Shown piece after piece: positions 26,875 to 40,397 of a DNA stretch of 64,000 bases. Origin of the DNA: Octopus sinensis. Taxonomy: Eukaryota. The notes beneath the pieces were generated by a model. It worked only from the letters and a program-made list of their open reading frames with translations, was not told the origin of the DNA and ran no database searches. The stretch's first letter is position 1. Each line of letters opens with the position of its first letter. The DNA is taken from assembly GCF_006345805.1 (NCBI RefSeq), contig NC_043025.1, positions 12,276,001-12,340,000 on the forward strand, read 5' to 3'. Made by a program: the position numbers and the translations under genes.

Positions 26875-27240
26875 GGAGGCGCAATGGCCCAGTGGTTAGG
26901 GCAGCGGACTCGCGGTTTCGATTCCCAGACCGGGCGTTGTGAGTGTTTATTGAGCGAAACTCTAAAGCTCCACGAGGCTCCGGCAGGGGATGGTGGTGAT
27001 CCCTGCTGTACTCTTCACCACAACTTTCTCTCACTCTTACTTCCTGTTTCTGTTGTACCTGTATTTCAAAGGGCCGGCCTTGTCACTCTCTGTGTCACAC
27101 TGAATATCCCCGAGAACTACGTTAGGGGTGCACGTGTCTGTGGAGTGCTCAGCCAGTTACACGTTAATTTCACGAGCAGGCTGTTCCGTTGATTCGGATC
27201 AACCGGAACCCTCGTCGTCGTAACCGACGGAGTGCTTCCA
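26875..27240 (+). mobile_element. tRNA(Arg)-derived SINE family B, full length
   Basis: GGAGGCGCAATGGCCCAGTGG head through GTAACCGACGGAGTGCTTCCA. Other copies lie at 41795-42180 (-), about 49935-50250 (+) and 60780-61420 (+). Confidence 0.88.
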
Positions 27241-27469
27241 TTCCTTGAGGGTCACAGAGTAAATTCCTCAGGGCCTCCTCTGTAGGATCCTGTCAGAAGC
27301 ATGTGTCATAAAACTTCATTAGAATTTAATTTGTAGGTCAACTATAAATGCCAGTTGGGTCCCTGACATGAATAAGACCCCTAAAACCTGCAATGTGGAA
27401 GGGGGTTCAAATGATTAATATTACTGCATCGTCTTTCGTGCAGGTTAACAGAGAATGGATTCGGGTTTT

Positions 27470-27930
27470 AGATAGGGGTGCCGCTTTGATAAATATATTG
27501 TAGTCGGTACCCGATATTTGGTACAATCAGCTATAAACTTACAACATGTTCTGGGAGGTGAACCTTAGAGAGAGCAACAGTTAAGGGATGCATTTGGATT
27601 TTATGTAGGGAGGGGTCGCTTCTAAAAATATATTGTAGTCGCTACCCGATTCTGGTACAATCAGCTATGAACCTACAACGTGTTCTGGGAGGTGCAGAAT
27701 GGGACACAAAGGATGCGTATCGCAGGACCCAGAGCTGGACCTTGGAGGGAACAAGAGTTAAGGGATGCATTTGGACTTTAGGTAGGAAGGGGTCGCTTTT
27801 AAAAATATATTGTAGTCGTTGTCTGATGCTCGGATAACCAACTATAAGTGTGCAACATGATCTGGAAGGCGCAGGATGGAAACACAAAGGGTGCGTATCC
27901 CAGAACCCTGAGATGGACCCAGGAGGGAAC
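27470..27930. repeat. Three diverged tandem copies (~140-180 bp) of an unclassified unit
   Basis: AAATATATTGTAGTCG..ACCCGAT..TGGTACAATCAGCTAT..AC.TACAAC.TGTTCTGGGAGG is repeated. Confidence 0.65.
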
Positions 27931-27985
27931 GACCTTTAAGCCATACAGTTCCTCACAAACTAATTACATTCACAAGATATTGTCA

Positions 27986-28620
27986 GTTAGTTAGTTAGTT
28001 AATTTTTGGCTCAAAAAGCAAAAAGCAAGGCCATGTAGGGGGACATGGAGTTATGTACAGGGTGGTGTTCATGTAAAGAGTTCAGGCCACTTGTGGTCAA
28101 GGGAGACTTTGAACCGAGCGGTCGTCGGCATCTTCACCATCTCGTCCGGCAGCTTATCCCATGGATCTGCAACCCGGACGGAGGAAGCCCCTCTCCTTCG
28201 ATTGAGATGAAATCGTTGCAGATAGAGCTTTTCGGAATGACCCCGCAGCCGACGCTCTAGAGCAGGAGTGAAGAACAGCTTTGTCGAGAGGTTACACTTT
28301 CCGCTTATGATGTTGTGAGCAAGAATGAGATCACCACGGCATCGTCGTTTTTCTAGAGAATAAAGGTCGAGCGTCGTCAGCCTTTCTTCATAAGACAAAT
28401 TCTTGACACCAAGAACCATGCGGGTAGCCAACTTCTGGACTCTTTCGAGATGCTGTATGTCTTTGAGGAGATAAGGAGAAGAGGCTTGAATCCCGTACTC
28501 CAATATGGGTCTCACCAGCGTGACATAGAGCGGTAGGAATATGGCTGCTGTGAGCATTCCGAATGACCGTCGAATCAAGAACAGAACTCCGCGTGCTTTG
28601 TTGGCAGCATGGGCTGCACA
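27986..28620 (-). mobile_element. CR1-clade LINE 3' fragment (second family) with an (AACT)n tail
   Basis: ORF 28069-28578: LYVTLVRPILEYG..SPYLLKDIQHLERVQKLATRMV..LSYEERL..RRCRGDLI..RGHSEKL. Confidence 0.88.
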
Positions 28621-28767
28621 GGGTTATTTTAGAAGACGTGGGTGGTCGGGGATTAGATCCTGCAAAAAAGGGGTTACAGAGCTGGCTGCATAACCACGGT
28701 TTAGACATTAAACAATATTTCAGAATAACAAAACTCTTAGTTTATTTATAAAAAAATTTTTATTAAA

Positions 28768-28829
<62 letters not shown>

Positions 28830-29097
28830 TAATGTATTTTGCGGTTTCAGTAAGTTGATAATAAAATTTGTTCTTTGTTATTTGTATATATATATATATA
28901 TACACACACGTATATATGCATTTACTTATATATGTGTGTGTATCCGTATACACACACACACACACATATATATGCTTATACATATACATACATACATACA
29001 CACACATGCACTCACATACATCTATATACACATTATACATCCCTATATATACATATACATACATACATACATACATACATACATAAATATATATATA

Positions 29098-29177
<80 letters not shown>

Positions 29178-29288
29178 GTTTATATAATATACACACGCAT
29201 ATTCATATGCATATATATACAGTCATAACGCTGCTACTGCTGTAGCTGCTAGGGACTCTCTGTAGTTTCGTCTCATCTTCCTTTAGGC

Positions 29289-29472
29289 TTAGATGTCTGC
29301 GTCTGTTGCGGCATACCATATTTCTTTGTAAGATTTTCGGAAATACATTGGGCGACTGTAACCGACGCTGTAGTAATAGTTAGACTTGAATTTGGCATTT
29401 TCTTTTTCCAGAGCATTCTTCAGCTTTTTTTCATTCATTTCCTCACCGAAAAACCAGAAACTCTCGTAAACC
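29289..29472 (-). CDS. SOUL/haem-binding protein family gene, last exon
   Basis: Acceptor TTCTACTTTCAG|; (R)VYESFWFFGEEMNEKKLKNALEKENAKFKSNYYYSVGYSRPMYFRKSYKEIWYAATDADI*; YYxxGY and EIW match the SOUL C-terminus. Confidence 0.85.
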
Positions 29473-29517
29473 CTGAAAGTAGAATAAAGAAAAAAAAATA
29501 TATTAAAACAAAAACCA

Positions 29518-30175
29518 AGGAGTGGCTGTGTGGTAAGTAGCTTGCTAACCAACCACATGGTTCCGGGTTCATTTCCACTGCGTGGCAACTTGGGCAAGTG
29601 TCTTCTGCTATAGCCTCGGGCCGACCAAAGCTTTGTGAGTGGATTTGGCAGACGGAAACTGAAAGAAGCCCGTCGTATATATGTATATATATATATGTGT
29701 GTGTGTGTATGTGTATGTTTGTGTGTCCGTGTTTGTCCCCCTAGCATTGCTTGACAACCGATGCTGGTGTGTTTATGTCCCCGTTACTTAGCGGTTCGGC
29801 AAAATAGACCGATAGAATAAGTACTGGGCTTACAAAGAATTAGTCCCGGGGTCGAGTTGCTCGACTAAAAAGGCGGTGCTCCAGCATGGCCGCAGTCAAA
29901 TGACTGAAACAAGTAAAAGAACAAAAAAAAAGGGTCCCTTCAAGGGGGTGCTCCAGCATGGCCGCAGTCAAATGACTGAAACAAGTAAAAGAGTAAAAAA
30001 AAAAAAGATCCCTTCAAGGGGATGCCCCAGCATGGCCGCAGTCAAATGACTGAAACAAGTAAAAGAGTAAAAAAAAAAAAGGATCCCTTCAAGGGGATGC
30101 CCCAGCATGGCCGCAGTCAAATGACTGAAACAAGTAAAAGAGTAAAAAAAAAAAAAAAGGATCCCTTCAAGGGGC
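29518..30175 (+). mobile_element. Family-A SINE plus about four tandem ~70-bp copies of its 3' end, inside the SOUL GC-AG intron
   Basis: The unit CAGCATGGCCGCAGTCAAATGACTGAAACAAGTAAAAGAGTAAAA..GATCCCTTCAAGGGG is repeated. Confidence 0.8.
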
Positions 30176-30225
30176 CGCACTGAAATAACTGAAGCAAATT
30201 GAAGAAACACATAAGGATGACTTGC

Positions 30226-30376
30226 CTGACAAAGACCTTGTGTTCCTTCGTTGTCTGCAGTTTGACTTCCTTCTGGGTTGGTTGGGGGAAAGATCCTTTA
30301 CCCAGGTAAAACATCATGGTCTTTTGGTTGTTCTCGGATTTCATTAGAACTGGGACGGTCATGTTGAATTTGGAAA
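30226..30376 (-). CDS. SOUL/haem-binding protein family gene, penultimate exon (151 bp)
   Basis: Acceptor CTCTTTCCAG|; VSKFNMTVPVLMKSENNQKTMMFYLGKGSFPQPTQKEVKLQTTKEHKVFVR (MTxPV, TMxFYL and PxP motifs); GC donor AG|GCAAGT; phases agree. Confidence 0.85.
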
Positions 30377-30469
30377 CTGGAAAGAGATAGAAAGAAAAGG
30401 TAAAACGAAGGTCAGAGGTGTTAGTAGTGCCACAGCCGAGAGCGAAGGGGGTCTGTCTATCTGTCTGTC

Positions 30470-30742
30470 CGTCTATATATCTATGTACATGTGTTTGTAG
30501 ATATAGGTATTTGTATACATAGATACATGCAGGCATACATACATACTAGCATGCGTATACACATTGCATGCATATATACATACATACATGCAGGTGTATA
30601 TACATACATACATACATGCAGGTGTATATACATACATACATATAAGCATGTATGTGTATATGCATACAGACATACATGCATATATACATACATACATACA
30701 TACATGCATGCATATATACATACATACATATATATACATACA

Positions 30743-30776
<34 letters not shown>

Positions 30777-30851
30777 CATACATACATACACACATACATT
30801 CATACATACATATACACACACACACACATACATACACATACATATATACAC

Positions 30852-30882
<31 letters not shown>

Positions 30883-31400
30883 CATACATACATACATACA
30901 TACATTCATACATACACACATACATACACACATACACACACATACATACACACACATACATACACACATACACACACATACATACACACATACACACAAC
31001 ATACATACACACATACACACACATACATACACACATACACCACACATACATACACACATAACAACACATACATACACACATACACACACACATACATACA
31101 CCATACATACACACATACACACACACATACAACACACATACCACACACATACCTACCACTACATACAACATACATACACATACACACATACATACATACA
31201 CACATACACACACATACATACACACATACACACACACATACATACACATACATATATACACTTACATACATACATACATTCATACATACACACATACATA
31301 CACACATACACACACATACATACACACACACACACACACATACATACACACACACACACACCCTTACACACAACACACACACAAACACACACACACACAC
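30470..31400. repeat. (ACAT)n/(AC)n microsatellite
   Basis: Low-complexity tract seen directly. Confidence 0.95.
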
Positions 31401-31430
31401 TTACATCTGTAAATCTACAATCCAGCTCAC

Positions 31431-31540
31431 CTCGTTCATTGGCTCCGTTTATGTAATTAAAAAGGCGTCTGAAGAGAATGTAGTTAGCGAACATGTTGTC
31501 CCTGTACTCGGTGTGGATCCAAGCGGCGCCACCCTCGTAT
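31431..31540 (-). CDS. SOUL/haem-binding protein family gene, internal exon (5' part in the assembly gap)
   Basis: YEGGAAWIHTEYRDNMFANYILFRRLFNYINGANER; FRRLFxYIxGxN is the SOUL motif; donor G|GTGAGC, phase 1. Confidence 0.85.
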
Positions 31541-31640
31541 NNNNNNNNNNNNNNNNNNNNNNNNNNNNNNNNNNNNNNNNNNNNNNNNNNNNNNNNNNNN
31601 NNNNNNNNNNNNNNNNNNNNNNNNNNNNNNNNNNNNNNNN
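31541..31640. other. Assembly gap (100 N)
   Basis: A run of n interrupts the SOUL exon. Confidence 1.
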
Positions 31641-31673
31641 TACAAAACCGAGCAACGCCGGGCGATACTGCTA

Positions 31674-31728
<55 letters not shown>

Positions 31729-32034
31729 ATACTGCACAGCGACACAGACGGCAGGGTTGATTACTGAGGGGGGGGTGATGTTTCGCCCTAAGTCAGTTCT
31801 TATCAGGTCGAGTTTTATGGATAGCGAAGTTCTCGACATGGCCACCGTTTTTTATTCAGAATTTTTGCCTATCTAAGCATACATTAGGAAATGTCTGCTC
31901 TGAGTTTTTTGAAAAGTTTGGTTGGCAGAGCGCGGGAACGCAGTTCGTAAAAGTTCGGTAATTTACGTACAACGCTGGTTTTTTCCATTTTTTTTTTATA
32001 CATACACACACGCGCGCGTGCACACACACTCGTA

Positions 32035-32068
<34 letters not shown>

Positions 32069-32271
32069 TACACACGCACACCACACACACGTATTCACAC
32101 ACACACACACACACACACGTATTCATACACTCGCACACACATACACATACACACTCACATACACACACACACACTCATATTCACACACACACACACACAT
32201 ACACACTCACATACACACACTCATATTCACACACACACACACACACTCACATACACACACGTATTCACACT

Positions 32272-32310
<39 letters not shown>

Positions 32311-33457
32311 ACACACACGCAGAGCATTGAGGGATGAATTGTAGGAAGATGGTGGGAGGAGGAGATTCTAAGAATCGGAGAAAGGTTACGGGGACGATAG
32401 GAAGGGGCTGGGAGAAAGAGAGACACGCAGGGTGAGAGAGATAAAGGGAAAGAGAGAGAGAGAGAGAGAGAGATGAAGAGTGTATTTAAGATAGAGAGGG
32501 TGAAGTGTGAGAGAGAGAGAGAGAGACAAAGAGGGAGCTCGTGAAAGATAGAAAGCCTTTAAGATAGAGATAGAGGAGAGAGAGAGGGGGGGTTAGCGGC
32601 AGAGAAAAAGAACGATGAAAATTGAAGGGGAGGAGTGCGAAAGAGAGAGACAGAGAGAGAGAGAGTTAGTGTGAGAGATAAAGAGTGTTTAAGATAGAGA
32701 GGGAGAAGTGAGAGAGAGAGAGACAAAGAGGGAGAGAGAGACAAAGAGGGAGAGAGAAATAAAGAGGGAGAGAGAGATATAAAGAGGGAGACAGAGAGAG
32801 AGACAAAGAGGGAGAGAGAGAGACAAAGAGGTAGCTCGCGGAAGATAGAGATAGAGGAGAGAGAGAGGGGGTGGGTTAGCGACAGAGAAAAAGAATATTG
32901 AAGCTTGAAGGGGAGGAGTGCGAAAGAGAGAGACAGAGACAGAGACAGAGAGAGCTAGCGAGATAGACAAAGAGGGTTTAAAATATAGAGAAGGGGAGGA
33001 GCAAGAGTGAGAGAGAGAGAGAGCGCGAAAAAAAAAAGCGAGAGATAAAGAGGAGGGGGAATTGTGATAGAAAGAGCGAACGTCTCTAGAGTAGGATATT
33101 TATTTCTGTTTATTTTCTGTGTGAAGTTGTGTTTGGAGTTGATAGAGGCTAATATTAATGGTGTGTATCTAAAATATATCTAAAACAACAACAACACTGG
33201 CATTGGTTGGACAATTTACAAGAACCACATCGACTGCTAGAGTCGCAAGAACAACTACAAGAAGAAGAAGAAGAAGAATAAGGACAATAGCAATTGTATT
33301 AACGACGAGGATTTGAAAAGTTTGAAAAAGTTTTGAAAAGTTTTGAAAAGAAAATTAATGAACTTTGTAAAAAAAGAGTTGGACGGGGTTACACGACTCT
33401 AACAGCAACAACAACAACGAAAACAATATTATAAGACCTTTGTCCTTTGTGGGTCAG

Positions 33458-33770
33458 AGTTCACTTGGAGTAGCAACAACAATAGCAACAATAATAAAAG
33501 CTATCGTCCACAATAGCAACCGTTTAAGGAAGGGATCCGCTGGTTCGATTTTCACTCGGAAAGAGAAATAAACAACGCGAAACAAAGAATTATAAAAGTA
33601 GCCAATTTGTGGGTTCACTTGGAGCAGTAGCGATAACAACAATAATAGCAACAATAATAAAAGCCATCATCCACAATAGCAACGGTTTAAGGAAGGGATC
33701 CGCTGGTTCGAGTTTCACTCGGAAAAGCGAAATAAACAACGCGAAACAAAGAATTACAAAAGTAGCCAAA
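33458..33770 (+). repeat. Two tandem ~153-bp copies immediately upstream of the PLBD2 ATG
   Basis: GTTCACTTGGAG..AGCAACAATAATAAAAGC..GGAAGGGATCCGCTGGTTCG..CACTCGGAAA..AACAACGCGAAACAAAGAATTA occurs twice. Confidence 0.85.
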
Positions 33771-33831
33771 CTATTTCTTTTTTTCTTCAAAGAGTCATCT
33801 TCGTCTCTTAACAACAACATCGTCATCAACA

Positions 33832-34049
33832 ATGAGATCAAGGAAAGCCGTTTTCTCACTGACTCTGCTCCAGCTGGTGGCTCTGGCCACCGTGGCCGGC
33901 ACCTGGACGGCGGTCACTTCCAAGCCTTCCTATGACTATGCATATGTGACATTCGAAGGCGGCGATTACAAAACCCATGAGGGGCAGCCCGGTTCTGGCG
34001 ACAAATGGGTTGCTAAGGGCCGGTTCAACAACAGAATCAATGAAACGGG
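33832..34049 (+). CDS. PLBD2: Phospholipase B-like 2 (lysosomal Ntn-hydrolase), exon 1 with signal peptide
   Basis: MRSRKAVFSLTLLQLVALATVAG (signal-like)...WVAKGRFNNRINETG; donor GG|GTGAGT, phase 2. Confidence 0.88.
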
Positions 34050-34069
34050 GTGAGTAGGGTTGCTTACCT

Positions 34070-35180
<1,111 letters not shown>

Positions 35181-35184
35181 CTAC

Positions 35185-35640
35185 ATGAGAGACTGGATCT
35201 GGCCTTGTTTTGAATTAATCATGCATTATCTCATAGCTCCAAAATTTCAATGATGTGATTGTTTATTTTTAGAATGACATTGTAGGATAGGTGTGAGAGA
35301 CTGGATCTGGCCTTGTTTTGAAGTAATCAAGGATTATCTCATAGCTTTGAGATTTCAATGATGTGATTGTTTATTTTTAGAATGACATTGTAGAGTAGGT
35401 GTGAGAGACTGGACCTGGCCTTGTTTTGAATTAATCATGGATTGTCTCATAGCTTGAGATTTCAATGATTTGATTGTATATTGTTAGAATGACATTGTAG
35501 GGTAAGTGTGAGAGACTGGACCTGGCCTTGTTTTGAATTAATCATGGATTATCTCATAGCTTGAGATTTCAATGATTTGATTGTATATTGTTAGAATGAC
35601 ATTGTAGGGTAAGTGTGAGAGGCGGGTCTGGTCAGTCTGA
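35185..35640. repeat. About four tandem ~100-125-bp units of an interspersed repeat also seen at 19480-19700 and 23640-23970
   Basis: GTGAGAGACTGGA.CTGGCCTTGTTTTGAATTAATCATG...AGAATGACATTGTAG is repeated. Confidence 0.8.
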
Positions 35641-36009
35641 ACATAACACAGGTAGAGTATTTGGGCCACCAGAAATGGTCAGTTTAAATGCTAAAAGATC
35701 ATCACATTGTTTCTCATAGCTTTGAGATGTTGATGACAATTTTTTTTTTTTTAATGACATTGTAAGTTTGGTGTGAGAGGCCGGATCCGGTCAGTTTGAA
35801 CATAAGACCAGTGGAATATTTTGGCCAGATATGGTCAGGTTTAAATGTTACAAGGTTAATCCTGTTGTACCCACTTCTACTCTTTTACTTGTTTCAGTCA
35901 TTTGACTGTGGCCATGCTGGAGCACTGCCTTATATATATATATATATATATATTATAGGCCATGCTGGAGCACCACCCTATATTTATTTATATATTTATT
36001 ATATATATC

Positions 36010-36043
<34 letters not shown>

Positions 36044-36357
36044 GCCCTGCCTGGCCCCCATGCGCTGGCACGTAAAAAGCACCATCCGTCCGTGGCCGTT
36101 TGCCAGCCTCGTCTGGCACCTGTGCGGTTCGCACGTAAAAAGCACCCACTACACTCACGGAGTGGTTGGCATTAGGAAGGGCATCCAGCCGTAGAAACAC
36201 TGCCAAATCAGACTGGGCCTGATGCAGCCTTCTGGCTTCCCAGACCCCAGTTGAACCGTCCAACCCATGCAAGCATGGAAAGCGGATGCTAAATGGTTAT
36301 GATATATATATATACATATATATATATGTATATATATATGTATATATATATATTTTA

Positions 36358-36419
<62 letters not shown>

Positions 36420-36640
36420 GGAGCATTCCATTGGTTACGACAGACAAAGGGATTAAGTCAATTACATTGACCCCAGTGCATAAACTGGTACTTTATTTAT
36501 CGACCCCGAAAAGATGAAAGGCAAAGTCGACCTTGGCAGAATTTGAACTCAGAACGTAGCGGCAGACAAAATACCGCTAAGCATTTTGCCCGAAGTGCTA
36601 ACATTTCTGCCAGCTCGCCACCTTACCACACAGCCACGCC

Positions 36641-36673
<33 letters not shown>

Positions 36674-36759
36674 TTGTATTTGTCCCCCACCGCTACTTGA
36701 CAACCAGTGTTGGTTTGTTTATGTTCATGTAACTAACTTAGTGATTTGGCAAAAGGCAA

Positions 36760-37450
36760 ACAGTCACATGACTTTCATCACATGAACTAATAACCACACA
36801 ACCAAATACTCGCATGACCTAACAAACATGAGGTCAAGCAGTCACATGATCAAATAGTCACATGCTCGCAATCAGTCATATGACCAAACCAAGCAACCAT
36901 GTGATGAAATAACTTGCTACATGATGACCACAGGATCAGTCACATGACCTTCACCCACCCCACCACATGATCAAACAACTATGCAAACAACCACATGATC
37001 AGTTACATAACCATACAATCACATGTTCAGAGTCACATGACCAAACGACCACCTGACCAAAGAGTCACGTGACCAAAGAGTCACATGACCAATGAGTCAC
37101 ATGACCAAAGAGTTACATGACCAAAGAGTCACATGACCAAAGAGTCACATGACCAAAGAGTCACATGACCCAACAGTCACATGATCAAATAAACACGTGA
37201 ATGAACAACGATGCGATCAAGCATGACCGAATAACCATGTAACCAGTCACATGACCAGACAATCACATGATCAAATGATCACATGAGTTGTTGTATGATC
37301 AAAGAGCCACATGACTAAACAGCTACATGGTCAAGCAGCCACCTGATCAGACAGTGACATAGCAGATAACCATGTGATAAGATCCTGATCGCACGGTTGC
37401 ACGACTTAAATATGTCGCGTGATCAAACAGCCACTGAGTAATCACATGAT
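36760..37450. repeat. Degenerate minisatellite built on (A)GTCACATGACC(AA), with more than 20 CACATG/CACGTG hexamers
   Basis: Seen directly; perfect GTCACGTGAC at 37064-37073. Confidence 0.9.
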
Positions 37451-37481
37451 TAAATAATTAACTTGATTAAATAATTAACTA

Positions 37482-38170
37482 AAGGCGGCGAGCTGGCAGA
37501 ATCGTTAGCACGCCGGGCGAAATGCTTAGCGGTATTTCGTCTGCTGCTATGTTCTGAGTTCAAATTCCGCCGAAGTCGACTTTGCCTTTCGTCCTTTCGG
37601 GGGTCGATCAAATAAGTACCAGTTATGCACTGGGGTCGGTGTAATCGGCTTAATCCCTTTGTCTGTCCTTGTTTGTCCCCTGTATGTTTAGCCCCTTGTG
37701 GGTAATAAAGAAATAGGTATTTCGTTTGTCTTTACGTTCTGAGTTCAAATTCTGCCAAGGTCGACTTTGCCTTTCGTCCTTTCGGGGTCGATTAAATAAG
37801 TACCAGTTACGCACTGGGGGGGGGGGTCGATGTAATCGGCTTAATCCCGTTGTCTGTCCTTGTTTGTCCCCTCTGTGTTTAGCCCCTTGTGGGTAATAAA
37901 GAAAGAGGTATTTCGTCTGCCATTACGTTCTGAGTTCAAATTCCGCCGAGGTCGACTTTGCCTTTCATCCTTTCGGGGTCGATAATAATAATAATAATAA
38001 TAATAATTGTGTACAGTGCTCAGGTGCACTACAACTCATCTAGAGTGTATATATAATCAGAACATAAATTAAGTACCAGTTACACACTGGGGTCGATATA
38101 ATCGACTTAATACCTTTGTTTGTCTGTCCTTGTTTGTCCCCTCTGTGTTTAGCCCCTTGTGGGTAGTAAA
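37482..38170 (+). mobile_element. tRNA-derived SINE family C, tandem and partial copies
   Basis: AAGGCGGCGAGCTGGCAGAA...GAGTTCAAATTCCGCCGA.GTCGACTTTGCCTTTC. Other copies lie at about 12235, 21665, 26290, 36430 (-) and 47900 (-). Confidence 0.8.
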
Positions 38171-38527
38171 CAAATACAAATAATTAACTAAATGACTGCC
38201 AAAGAGTCACAAGATCTCTTCCTCCTCTTCACACCCCGTTTCCCAAAGCAAGGATGGTCTGATGATGGTTAGCGTGTCCTGATTAATGTTCTTGGAGGAA
38301 TTGTGAGAGAGAGCGAGAGAGAAAGGGGGAAAGTTTGAAAGTTTGAAAACACATTTGGCTGTCTGTCATGCACATTAAAGTAGGTTAGCTTAATACAGTG
38401 CAAAGGACATTATATAAATATATAACATATCATATCATACACACAGACACATATGTATATGTGTATATATATAACACATATATAGATACTATATATTATT
38501 TATATATATATAATATATATATATTAT

Positions 38528-38558
<31 letters not shown>

Positions 38559-38804
38559 ATATATATATATACAAAAAGCAATAAAGATTCAAGTTAATTT
38601 AAATGAATTTACTTGAATATGGTACTACCAACTTAGATGCACCAAAAAAAAAACTATACTGTTTTAACAATACAGTAATGTGGGGTGATTATAAGCGAGA
38701 AAGAAGCAACAAGAATCCATTCTTGTTGCTTCTTTCTCGCTTATATATATATTATTATATATAGATACATATATATTATTTATATATATATATATATATA
38801 TATA

Positions 38805-38844
<40 letters not shown>

Positions 38845-39567
38845 ATATATATATATATATACACACACACATTTATACATGTATATATGAGTGTGTGTAT
38901 ATATACATATATATATGTGTGTGTGTGTATATATACATATATATATGTGTGTGTGCATATATACATGTACATATGTGTGTGTGTATATATACATATAATA
39001 TGTATATATGTATATATTTATAACACACACATATATATAGATATACCTTCCCTTCTTGGGACACAAAACTCTACTTGTGAAGACCCGTTGAGGCAAGTGA
39101 GGATCAGAATTGAAATCGATCAATGGAAATTGCAGATGTGTTACCAGTGCCGGTGGCATGTAAGAGAACCTTCCGTTTCGCGACCGTTGCCAGCACCGCC
39201 CCGTTTCGTGTCCGTTGCCAGCCTCGCCTGGCCCTCATGCCGGTGGCACATAAAAATCACCATCCGTTCGTGGCCGTTTGCCAGCTCTGTCTGGCACCTG
39301 TGCAGGTGGCACGTAAAAAGCACCCACTACACTCTCGGAGTGGTTGGCGTTAGGAAGGGCATCCAGCCGTAGAAACACTCCCAGATTTGACTGGGCCTGA
39401 TGAAGCCTTCTGGCTTCACAGACCCCAGTAGAACCGTCCAACCCATGCTAGCATGGAAAACGCACGCTAAACGATGATGATGATGATGATGATGATATAT
39501 ATATTATATGTATATATATGCTCACCCACACATGCACATATATACATGTATATATGGGGACACACAA

Positions 39568-39600
<33 letters not shown>

Positions 39601-40397
39601 AAATACAAAATGGAACAAGAACGCAAAATATCCAGATAGACGATACAAAGAAAACAAGGACGGGTCGTTCGGAGTTTTCTTTCCTCAGTCAAGTTCCAGA
39701 TTATCTTTGCAATTTCGGCTGGTCATACTCGAGGTTGCTCTCGAAGACCCTTGAGTCACTCTGTGGCATCTGTTAAATATATATATACACTTTTTTCTTT
39801 TTACTCTTTTTACTTGTTTCAGTCATTTGACTGTGGCAATGCTGGAGCACCGCCTTTAATCGACCAACTCGACCCTGGGACTTATTCTTTTGTAAGCCCA
39901 GTACTTATTCTATCGGTCTCTTTTGCCGAACCGCTAAGTAACGGGGACATAAAACACACCAGCATCGGTTGTCAAGCAATGCTAGGGGAACAAAAACACA
40001 GACACACAAATACCACACGCATATATATATATATACATATATACGACGGGCTTCTTTCAGTTTCCGTCTACCAAATCCACTCACAAGGCTTTGGTCGGCC
40101 CAAGGCTATTGTAGAAGACACTTGCCCAAGGTGCCACGCAGTGGGACTGAACCTGGAACCATGTGCTTGGTAGACAAGCTACTTACCACACAGCCACTCC
40201 TGCACCTGTAGGATGTATATATGTATACATCCTACATATATATTCTTTTACTTGTTTCAGTCATTTGACTGCGGCCATGCTGGAGCACCGCCTATAGTCG
40301 AGCAACTCGACCCCAGGACTTATTCTTTTGTAAGCCTAGTACTTATTCTATCGGTCTCTTTTTCTGCCGAACTGCTAAGTTACAGGGACCAGCATCA

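Noticed and set aside
26875-26950. tRNA-like sequences (Arg-TCG-like head and other SINE heads)
   Set aside because: Each continues into a SINE body and tail and lacks a clean acceptor stem, so these are SINE heads and not tRNA genes.
30473-31674. Long His/Thr/Tyr/Ile or Val/Cys/Met-rich ORFs (up to 340 aa)
   Set aside because: Translations of (ACAT)n/(AC)n microsatellite; only 31431-31540 on the minus strand is real coding sequence.
31740-31960. Candidate missing 5' exon of the SOUL gene
   Set aside because: Minus-strand translations show no SOUL motif or signal peptide and there is no convincing donor.
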